This document shows positions 6,862 to 13,659 of a stretch of 15,165 nucleotides of DNA, in pieces. Source of the stretch: Thermodesulfobacteriota bacterium (GTDB lineage Bacteria; Desulfobacterota; Desulfobulbia; Desulfobulbales; SURF-16); the NCBI GenBank assembly GCA_039715015.1, contig JBDLIE010000062.1, forward strand, positions 1-15,165, in the 5' to 3' direction. A program made the position numbers and the translations under genes. The notes under the pieces were generated by a model, which had not been told where the DNA came from, made no database searches, and worked only from the letters and a program-made list of their open reading frames with translations. How positions within the stretch are numbered: the first letter of the stretch is position 1; every line of letters starts with the position of its first letter.

Positions 6862-8202
6862 ATGGAAAAAGCAGCATTACATAACGATGAGCCGTGGCCC
6901 GTGCCAGGGGAAAAACTTTCTGAGGAGCAGCCAATCTTCTCCTCACGACCAGACACCCTTTCTTTTGAGCAGGCCACCTACTATCAGGATCTCCTCTACC
7001 GGACCATCAAAATTGGTACGGAGCTCGAATTTGCTCTGCCCAAAAAGGTCAAGCGCGAGATTGTTGAAGAACGGCTGATCTCCGCCCTAAAGCCGTCCCA
7101 AGACATGAACAACCTGGGACGGCTCGGCGTCTTTGACATTACCAAAGAGCATTGCGGCATTGAGATCCGGGTCATTGGCCGTCATCCCCACTGGGATGCC
7201 CAGATCGACCAATATCGCCAGATAATCGCCCCCCTGTGGGCTAATCAAGTGAGGATGCGGCCCACCTGCGGTCTCCACTTCCATCTTCTTGGGGTCGGGC
7301 TTTCTGAACCTGTGCCGGAAATTATTCTGGCAAATTTCTGGAACATAATGCGGAGGTATGCTCCAGGCCTTAAGTTTCTGACCAGCGGTGGCGAAAACCT
7401 CAAATGCCTGTGTCGGCGCCGCCAGCACAATGCCCATCAGGAATTCATGGCCCAGAGCCCTGAGCTTCATCCATTATCAAAGATCCAACATATTCTCAAA
7501 GAAAGTTTTGAAGTGCCCGAGCACCAGAATTTTTTCAACATTGAGCATGTCCGTTTTAATGACAAGGGCCAGATTTCCACCTTCCATGTGGAGTTTCGCT
7601 TCCCTGACGGCGACCTCTCACCGCTCTCCATTACGGCGAAAGTATTTCTCTTCCTCGTCATGATGCTTAAGGCCGTTGAAATTTCCAAATTCGGCCTCCT
7701 TCATGTTGGTAAAACCGGCCAGTGGCAACGTAAAAACAAGCTGCTCGATTTAATCAGCAATAATGACGGAAAACTGGCGACCAGTGACACCTCGCAATGC
7801 GAGCCCTTTCTCGACGAATACCAACATAATGCCCAAAGCCTGCTGCGTTTTTTAAAATCAATCTTCGTTTTGATTGATAACCCTGCTGAAATTGTTCTCC
7901 AGGCCTTGGCCGAAGAGCCTATTTCCCTGCGCCGTCATCAAGGCATGAGCTGGCAGGACATTGACGAAGAATTGCAAAGTCTGGTTGGCCCCCGGGATCA
8001 GATGGATGAGCTTGATTACCAGCTCTGCAAAATCATTGAACTGGGCTTAGTGGAAGAAAAGGATGACTATCATAGCTGGCTTGTGGCCACGGCCCACCTG
8101 AGCAACTGTCCAGTTGACGAAGTCCTTAATAGGCTTGCCAAGTATAAAAAAAGAAAACCGTTGTGGAGCCCCAAACTTGGGCGGATGGTTTTTTTCCGAT
8201 GA
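6862..8202 (+). CDS. COOH-NH2 ligase / amidoligase of the glutamine synthetase and gamma-glutamylcysteine ligase fold (Amidoligase_2-like)
   Basis: Catalytic motifs in the expected order: IGTELEF, GIEIRV, TCGLHFH, FFNIEH, VEFRFPDG. ATG 6862 has GAGG 6 nt upstream; GTG 6838 is an alternative start. Confidence 0.78.
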   Translation: MEKAALHNDEPWPVPGEKLSEEQPIFSSRPDTLSFEQATYYQDLLYRTIKIGTELEFALPKKVKREIVEERLISALKPSQDMNNLGRLGVFDITKEHCGIEIRVIGRHPHWDAQIDQYRQIIAPLWANQVRMRPTCGLHFHLLGVGLSEPVPEIILANFWNIMRRYAPGLKFLTSGGENLKCLCRRRQHNAHQEFMAQSPELHPLSKIQHILKESFEVPEHQNFFNIEHVRFNDKGQISTFHVEFRFPDGDLSPLSITAKVFLFLVMMLKAVEISKFGLLHVGKTGQWQRKNKLLDLISNNDGKLATSDTSQCEPFLDEYQHNAQSLLRFLKSIFVLIDNPAEIVLQALAEEPISLRRHQGMSWQDIDEELQSLVGPRDQMDELDYQLCKIIELGLVEEKDDYHSWLVATAHLSNCPVDEVLNRLAKYKKRKPLWSPKLGRMVFFR

Positions 8203-8215
8203 TGGAGGCATTTTC

Positions 8216-9001
8216 ATGTGCGGGATAGCAGGATGCCTTATCGGCCAAGGGGCTGACGAAAAGCGCCTCCAGACAATCAGGGAAATTTTCCAGGAAAATC
8301 TTCTCGCCAATGAACTACGGGGTAAAGAGGCAACAGGGGTTGTCGCCTGCCAGCATAATGGATCTTATGCCTACCAAAAGGCTGCCTTGCCCGCCTGTGA
8401 ATTTGTCAGGCAGGATAATTTTCAAGACTTCCTGACCAGTGAAATAACGTCGGAAACCGTCATTCTTTTAGGTCATACCAGAGACCCCACCAAAGGGACC
8501 GTTGCAAACAACGACAACAATCATCCTATCATTGTCGGTGAGACGGTGGGGGTTCATAACGGCGTCATCTCCAACGATGATTCAATTTTCATCCGTCTCA
8601 ACCATGGAGAACTCAGCCAGGCACGTATTGGCTCAGTAGACAGCGAGGCAATTTTCGCCCTTCTCGACCAGGTAAACACCAACCAGCCTTTAGAGGAATA
8701 TGCCCGGGGCTTACAGAAAGCAACATCTCATCTTGTTGGTTCCTTTACCACCCTTTTTTTTAGTAAAAAAATTCCCTCAACCCTCTTTTGTTTGCGTTAT
8801 GATAACCCTATATCGACCCATTACGACCAGGACTTAAACTGCCTCTTCTTTTCATCGCGCTATGTTTTTTTGCGTAAAACATTTGGCAGGGCCGTTATTT
8901 CGAAAGGCATGCCAGCTCGAACAGGCTTTATTTTTGAGGCGCAAAAAATTAAAAATCAGGGAAAGACCCCCTCTTTGGCCTTCGCTCTGAGCCAAAACTG
9001 A
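8216..9001 (+). CDS. Stand-alone class II (Ntn-hydrolase) glutamine amidotransferase
   Basis: Start corrected to ATG 8216 (GGAGG at 8204-8208), giving MCGIAG with the N-terminal nucleophile Cys. Also RG..ATG, GHTR.PT.G, NNHP, HNG.ISN and VDSE motifs. No synthase or SIS domain; 261 aa. Confidence 0.9.
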   Translation: MCGIAGCLIGQGADEKRLQTIREIFQENLLANELRGKEATGVVACQHNGSYAYQKAALPACEFVRQDNFQDFLTSEITSETVILLGHTRDPTKGTVANNDNNHPIIVGETVGVHNGVISNDDSIFIRLNHGELSQARIGSVDSEAIFALLDQVNTNQPLEEYARGLQKATSHLVGSFTTLFFSKKIPSTLFCLRYDNPISTHYDQDLNCLFFSSRYVFLRKTFGRAVISKGMPARTGFIFEAQKIKNQGKTPSLAFALSQN

Positions 9002-9014
9002 AAGGAGAAATCAC

Positions 9015-9416
9015 ATGGCAGCAGAATTAAAAACCGTCTTGAGTCAGCTAGCCAAGGATCTGCCCGGCTTTGTTGCCGCAGCTGTTGTTTTGGTAGAGGA
9101 CGGATTATCTCTGGCGGAATATACCAATAATAAGCAGCTGGAAGCAGGGGAAGCATCTGCCTACCTTGCCAGTATCGTCAAGTCTAACCGCAAGGCTATT
9201 AAGCTTTTGGAAGGGGGACAGGTCACTGATGATATCCTGATCACCACAGACAAAAACTACTTCTTAATCAGGCATGGTGCAGACAAACCTTTCTTCATCT
9301 TTGTGATGACCTCAAAAAATGAATGGCTGGGCAAGGCCCGGCTTCTCATTAAGAAATATGAGACAATGATCAACTCCATCATGGCAAAGAAGACCGCCCC
9401 CACAGAAGGAAACTGA
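9015..9416 (+). CDS. Roadblock/LC7 (MglB-like) domain protein
   Basis: L..L...LPGFVAAAVV..EDGL.LA...DDILITT...YFLIR......F.FV.......LG.ARL pattern. AAGGAG RBS; 13 nt after the amidotransferase stop. Confidence 0.82.
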   Translation: MAAELKTVLSQLAKDLPGFVAAAVVLVEDGLSLAEYTNNKQLEAGEASAYLASIVKSNRKAIKLLEGGQVTDDILITTDKNYFLIRHGADKPFFIFVMTSKNEWLGKARLLIKKYETMINSIMAKKTAPTEGN

Positions 9417-9626
9417 CCGACCTAGCAGCAATCACCCTCTCAGCCCAAAAATCATCACCATGGCCATGGCCGGGATCAACAATTATTGCTTCACAGTGCG
9501 ATTTTGCGGAAAGATATAAAACACCTCTAACGGTTAATGATACGCAGTATTGTTACTTTAAATCTGGAGTGCTAGGCAGAAATGGTCAGCACCAATTGGC
9601 GCCTGGGCCTCAGAGTACCCTCAATG

Positions 9627-9770
9627 TTATTCTTCATCCGGAGCATGGCCGGCATCTCTCTCGGTGAGAACCTTTTTCTTATTGAGTTTGCGTTGTAATT
9701 TTTCTTCTTTCTTTTTTTTCTTTGCTAGTTCTTTCTGGCGTTTCTCATAAGAATAATTGTTTCTTGCCAA
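9627..9770 (-). CDS. Small basic 47-aa protein, not in the ORF track
   Basis: TTG start at 9770 with AAGG 8 nt upstream. Translation MARNNYSYEKRQKELAKKKKKEEKLQRKLNKKKVLTERDAGHAPDEE, TAA at 9627-9629. It resembles, from memory, small proteobacterial hypothetical proteins with an NYxxEKRQxELxKKxKKEEK motif. Confidence 0.75.
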   Translation of the reverse strand: MARNNYSYEKRQKELAKKKKKEEKLQRKLNKKKVLTERDAGHAPDEE

Positions 9771-9979
9771 GGGGATACCTTCAAGTTGAGTTTATATGGC
9801 TGGATGCCTTTAATAAATACTTAGACCGTGGCGCCTTGAAACAACCACGTGAGAATTTGTTTTGCTCTCAAACACCGACCGAGAAGCCTTTATCATAACC
9901 ACTTATCAGGGTCAGGACCAGGCGTGCACCCAACCCAGCAGATGGCCTTAAAGGGATTCATGATGTTTGGCCGTCGAGC

Positions 9980-10010
9980 AAAAAAAAACCCCGCAAAAAT
10001 GCGGGGTTTT
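9980..10010 (-). terminator. Rho-independent terminator of the cold-shock gene
   Basis: Minus strand AAAACCCCGCA-TTTT-TGCGGGG-TTTTTTTTT, starting 21 nt after the csp stop. The T4 tail on the plus strand may make it bidirectional. Confidence 0.9.
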
Positions 10011-10031
10011 CGTAATGTTCAATCAGAAAGC

Positions 10032-10232
10032 TTACTTCTGAACAACATTCTCTGCAGCCGGGCCTTTAGGGCCGTCAACAACATCAAATGTCACAGAAGC
10101 GCCTTCAGCAAGAGATTTGAATCCTTCTGACTGGATTGCGGAATGATGTACGAATACGTCATTGCCGTTCTCCTGCTCAATAAAACCAAAACCTTTTGCA
10201 TCATTAAACCACTTAACTGTACCTTCTGCCAT
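10032..10232 (-). CDS. cspA: Cold-shock protein (CspA family)
   Basis: [15 protein letters not shown] (RNP1), DVFVHHSAI (RNP2), [28 protein letters not shown]. The paralog letter is not resolvable from sequence. Confidence 0.96.
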   Translation of the reverse strand: MAEGTVKWFNDAKGFGFIEQENGNDVFVHHSAIQSEGFKSLAEGASVTFDVVDGPKGPAAENVVQK

Positions 10233-10335
10233 TTTAACTACTCCTTAAAAACAGGGCTCCTCGTTGGAACCACTTAATAAATTGTCCAATTCGCCAAAAT
10301 TGCAAATTGGTTGGCAGGTTTGTTTGTCTATAAAC

Positions 10336-10373
10336 AAAAAAACCGCGCTTCCTTATAGTGAGGATAGTGCGGT
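10336..10373 (-). terminator. Imperfect hairpin plus U7 tract between hgcB and csp (hgcAB terminator or csp leader attenuator)
   Basis: Minus strand ACCGCACTATCCTCACTATAAGGAAGCGCGGTTTTTTT. The stem has two mismatches and a bulge on this strand. Confidence 0.45.
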
Positions 10374-10509
10374 AAGCATTCTAGAATTTTATACTTCAAA
10401 CATTTTCTGCACACGTAATATTGACACCATACATGCCCTAACTACAAAAAGCTACTTTTTTATTTCCCCCTGGCAAAAGGGGGTCATTTCACTCCTTTAT
10501 AAAAATCTT

Positions 10510-10788
10510 TTAGCAGCAATCTCCCTCCAGTCCCAACAGCCCATGGATGATCGCCCGAACGCAGCCCTCACCTTCTTCCACAGCCAGGGCGTCAACCGGG
10601 CAATTACGGGCACAGGCGCTGCATTCCATGCACTGGTCACGGGCAATAATCTTTGCCTTGCCGTCATTGACTTCCAAGACCCCATGGGGACAAACCTGCG
10701 CGCAGACGCCGCAGCCTATGCAGAGATCCTGATCAAGCTCCAGGGTGACCACATTGTTGATATAATGGAAGACATGGCTCCTCAACAT
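10510..10788 (-). CDS. hgcB: Mercury methylation 2[4Fe-4S] ferredoxin HgcB
   Basis: Two CxxCxxCxxxCP motifs (CIGCGVCAQVCPH and CMECSACARNCP), a GEGC motif and a terminal vicinal CC, directly downstream of hgcA. AGGAGG lies 5 nt before ATG 10788, preferred over GTG 10794. Confidence 0.93.
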   Translation of the reverse strand: MLRSHVFHYINNVVTLELDQDLCIGCGVCAQVCPHGVLEVNDGKAKIIARDQCMECSACARNCPVDALAVEEGEGCVRAIIHGLLGLEGDCC

Positions 10789-10797
10789 TGCCACCTC

Positions 10798-11961
10798 CTA
10801 TGAAACCCAGAAGCGGGCAGCAAGCCAGCAGATTATTCCCACCAGAAATGCTCCGGCCTGGGCGGGAATGGCGTGCTGCATCTCGTAGCGGACGCCGGAG
10901 TGGGAGGTATAGGTGGAGGAACCGGTAAAATTCATCCCCAGCCATGAGGAGATCGCTATTACCATGAAAAACCAGGCAACAGCCTCCAGGCGACCGATAA
11001 TTGCCTCCGGTCTGGCCAAGCCATAAACGGCAACCAAGACCAGGTAAGAAAAGAGGCCAGTCCACATGCCCTTAACGCTGAAGGCCCGACCAGAGAGCCA
11101 GGGCAAGAACAAGGGCACCAGAACCGTACCGCTTAAAAGTGCGGCAAGCAGAGCCAGGGCCGCAAAAAATCCCATCTCCAGGGAGGCCTGCCAAAAAGGT
11201 AATTCGCCGCCGAGACCGGAAAGCAGCAGAAAAAGCAGGATGAGAAGCAAGGTCTTGCCACTTGCCTGGACAAATTCAACCGGGGCCAGAACAAGCCGTT
11301 CCTCCACCGGAAAGTCTTTGCGGCGCATGGCAGGCTCGACCTTCATACCCTGGGCAAGGAAGGCCGGAAGGTCTGTGGCCATAATCGGCCCCCAGACAAC
11401 CTTAAACCCTGTATATTTCTTAATATCGAGACCCTTGACCCCTGGTGCCCCAAGTTGGGGGACAACAATCTTTCGGTGCGAAACCACCTCGGCAAGACGG
11501 CTTTCAACAATACGGTCATAGAGCTCCACCGTGCCAAAGCTGCCCTTACCGGCAGCGCACCAGACATTGATTCCCTTGGTATTAAGGACCAAAATCCAGC
11601 AGTCATGGTCTGCCAGGGCGGCACGAAGCTGATCGAAACTCATCTTATAGTTGGCGGTGACAACAACAGGGCTTTTAGGATCCGGCGCACCTAAGGCATA
11701 AAGGCCTGGCTCGACGACAAAGGACATCCGACCAATTTTCCAGCGGGCAAACCAACTCCCCATCCTATCTTTACCAGTAAGAAAAGGAGTTATAGTAGGC
11801 ACCTCGCCCAGGCCAGAAGGGGTCGTGCCAATGACAAAATTCTGATCTGCGGACGGCAGTTTAAAAGCAGCCTCGTGCTTTGGCTCTGCTACGGGTAAGA
11901 CCAGCGGTACAGGTCTTTTTTCAGCAATGGGCAGCTCGTTTTCCATACCGGAACATATCAT
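10798..11961 (-). CDS. hgcA: Mercury methylation corrinoid protein HgcA
   Basis: CdhD-like corrinoid domain (V.PGLY..G.PD..SPV.VTANYKMSFD) with the diagnostic cap helix GINVWCAAGKG, plus PQLGAPGV and WGP. C-terminal multi-pass membrane domain with MNFTGSSTYTS.SGV..EM. Start is 11961 or 11946. Confidence 0.97.
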   Translation of the reverse strand: MICSGMENELPIAEKRPVPLVLPVAEPKHEAAFKLPSADQNFVIGTTPSGLGEVPTITPFLTGKDRMGSWFARWKIGRMSFVVEPGLYALGAPDPKSPVVVTANYKMSFDQLRAALADHDCWILVLNTKGINVWCAAGKGSFGTVELYDRIVESRLAEVVSHRKIVVPQLGAPGVKGLDIKKYTGFKVVWGPIMATDLPAFLAQGMKVEPAMRRKDFPVEERLVLAPVEFVQASGKTLLLILLFLLLSGLGGELPFWQASLEMGFFAALALLAALLSGTVLVPLFLPWLSGRAFSVKGMWTGLFSYLVLVAVYGLARPEAIIGRLEAVAWFFMVIAISSWLGMNFTGSSTYTSHSGVRYEMQHAIPAQAGAFLVGIICWLAARFWVS

Positions 11962-12018
11962 ACTTTAAGCATAATCGCCCACCGTCTTTCCCAGCCATCT
12001 GCTAAGCCAAACAAAGCT

Positions 12019-12174
12019 TCACTTCTCAGACTTATTGCCTTCCTCAGGATAACAGACACAATCACCCCACTCATTATCATGTGTGCCGCGCCACTCCATA
12101 TTGCACACACAGGTATAGGTGACTTTTTTGTCTTTTTTGTCGATTTTTTTCACAGCTTCTTTTTTACCTTTCAT
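12019..12174 (-). CDS. 51-aa Lys-rich, Cys-rich microprotein (CxC-x14-CxC) immediately upstream of hgcA
   Basis: AGGAGGT RBS 6 nt before ATG 12174. Translation MKGKKEAVKKIDKKDKKVTYTCVCNMEWRGTHDNEWGDCVCYPEEGNKSEK. The track's longer start (12267) lacks an RBS. Confidence 0.7.
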   Translation of the reverse strand: MKGKKEAVKKIDKKDKKVTYTCVCNMEWRGTHDNEWGDCVCYPEEGNKSEK

Positions 12175-12266
12175 GGGGACACCTCCTGCCATGTCAGCTT
12201 CATTAAGAACATCAACACACCTGTCCTTTGGATAAAAAATAAGCATTATTGACAGCCTTACAATCA

Positions 12267-12286
12267 TGTCTTAGCTGTTATTCTAA
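12267..12286 (-). repeat. 20-bp intergenic motif, copy 2 (matches 5181-5200)
   Basis: Reverse complement TTAGAATAACAGCTAAGACA. It overlaps a short inverted repeat CTTAG-N8-CTAAG (12270-12287) in the divergent hgc/oxidoreductase intergenic region. Confidence 0.4.
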
Positions 12287-12456
12287 GGTGCAGGCCTGTG
12301 GCGCAAAAAACAGTTTTGTTTCCACATCGGCTTAGCCCACCCCCTCATTGCTTTACAAGCGGGACGCCGATCGACTAAACTTTTCTAGCAAGATACTGTT
12401 TTCTCACAGATCGTTTCTGTCCATGCCGGGCAGAGAAAAAATCCTGGAGGATAATG

Positions 12457-13530
12457 ATGGTGGCTGACGACCTGCTTTTTTCTCCCTTTCAACTTAAAAA
12501 TTTCACCCTTAAAAACCGCATCGGCGTCGCACCTATGACGCGGATGTCGGCAGGCCCAAGCAGTATTCCCCGCCAGGATGTCTTTGACTTTCTGGTGCGC
12601 CGTGCCAAAAACGGCGCAGCCCTTGTTTATACTGAGGCCATTGTCACCGATTACGAGAGTGCCCAGGGTTATCCCGGCCAGGGCCGCATGTTGACCCAGC
12701 CGCAGATCAGAGCATGGAGCGCAGTTGCAAAGGCCATCCAGGCCCAAGGGGCGCTGGCCATCATGCAGATGTTTCACTGTGGCCGCATGGCCTGGCCTGA
12801 AATTAATCCGGGCCACCGCTCCATAGCGCCGAGCCCGGTGACCCCCAAACAGGACAACCCGCTCACCCAGGCCCCCTATCCTGTACCGGAAGAGATGAGC
12901 CAGTACGATATCGACCATGTCATTAACGGTTTTGTTGAGACCGCTAAAGGGGCAGTTGCTGCCGGCTTTGACGGGGTGGAGATCCACGGCGCCCACGGCT
13001 ACCTGATCAACCAGTTCCTGTCGCCATACTCAAACAAACGGACTGATGAGTATGGCGGCTCCCCTGAAAAACGCTTTCGTTTTGCCCATGAGGTTATCCA
13101 GGCCGTCCAGAAGGTGATGGCGGCGGACATGCTTCTCATCTTCCGCATCTCAAACTGGGCTATCGCAGACATGGAAGTTTCTCTCTTTGACAGCGCCGAC
13201 GAGTACCAGCAGATCATCAGCCTGCTCAATAAAGAGCCCCTGGATGCTCTCTCCGTCTCCACTTATGATTTCACGGAACCGGCCTTTGCAACCAGTAAGA
13301 CCATGGCCGAGATCAGTCGCCAAGTGTGCGACCTGCCCCTTATGATATGCGGCAAAATATATGACCGGGCATCTGCTGAGGAGGCGTTGAAACATGCCGA
13401 CATTGCCCTAAGCGGCAAATCGATCCTCCTCAACCCCAACTGGATCGAAGATGTGCGTCAAGGCCGCGACCTTGAACCCTTCACCGCCGACCAGGCCCAG
13501 GTGGCCTACACAGAAGAGCCGTTGCCCTGA
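12457..13530 (+). CDS. NADH:flavin oxidoreductase, Old Yellow Enzyme family
   Basis: LKNRIGVAPMTR, RRAKNGA.L..TEA, QMFHCGR, AGFDGVEIHGAHGYLINQFLSPYSNKRTDEYGGS.EKR.RF. GGAGG spacing favours ATG 12457 over 12454. Confidence 0.93.
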   Translation: MVADDLLFSPFQLKNFTLKNRIGVAPMTRMSAGPSSIPRQDVFDFLVRRAKNGAALVYTEAIVTDYESAQGYPGQGRMLTQPQIRAWSAVAKAIQAQGALAIMQMFHCGRMAWPEINPGHRSIAPSPVTPKQDNPLTQAPYPVPEEMSQYDIDHVINGFVETAKGAVAAGFDGVEIHGAHGYLINQFLSPYSNKRTDEYGGSPEKRFRFAHEVIQAVQKVMAADMLLIFRISNWAIADMEVSLFDSADEYQQIISLLNKEPLDALSVSTYDFTEPAFATSKTMAEISRQVCDLPLMICGKIYDRASAEEALKHADIALSGKSILLNPNWIEDVRQGRDLEPFTADQAQVAYTEEPLP

Positions 13531-13659
13531 ACAATAAGGGTCCTCGCAGGAGCTCGCCCCTGCGAGCGATAAAAAATAGGCACCGTCAATAAGCCAATAA
13601 TCGCCGGCCGGGGCGGGCCCTTACACCATTGTGGAATTAATCTTACAAAAAAAGGAAGA

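Noticed and set aside
8114..8215. N-terminal extension of the amidotransferase
   Set aside because: Ntn enzymes need Cys at position 2, and GGAGG precedes ATG 8216.
10264..10803. 179-aa plus-strand ORF and the other antisense or alternate-frame ORFs in the track (e.g. 1062-1553, 6063-6809, 12385-12996)
   Set aside because: They are shadows of well-supported genes and show no recognisable motifs.
12019..12021. TGA of the microprotein as selenocysteine or read-through into hgcA
   Set aside because: The read-through frame stops at TAA just before the hgcA start and no SECIS-like hairpin is evident.
12249..12277. TTGACA as a sigma70 -35 element
   Set aside because: No convincing -10 hexamer at 16-18 nt spacing.
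13543..13566. Hairpin CTCGCAGG-N8-CCTGCGAG after the oxidoreductase as a terminator or REP
   Set aside because: No U-tract directly follows on either strand and it is a single copy, so no function can be assigned.
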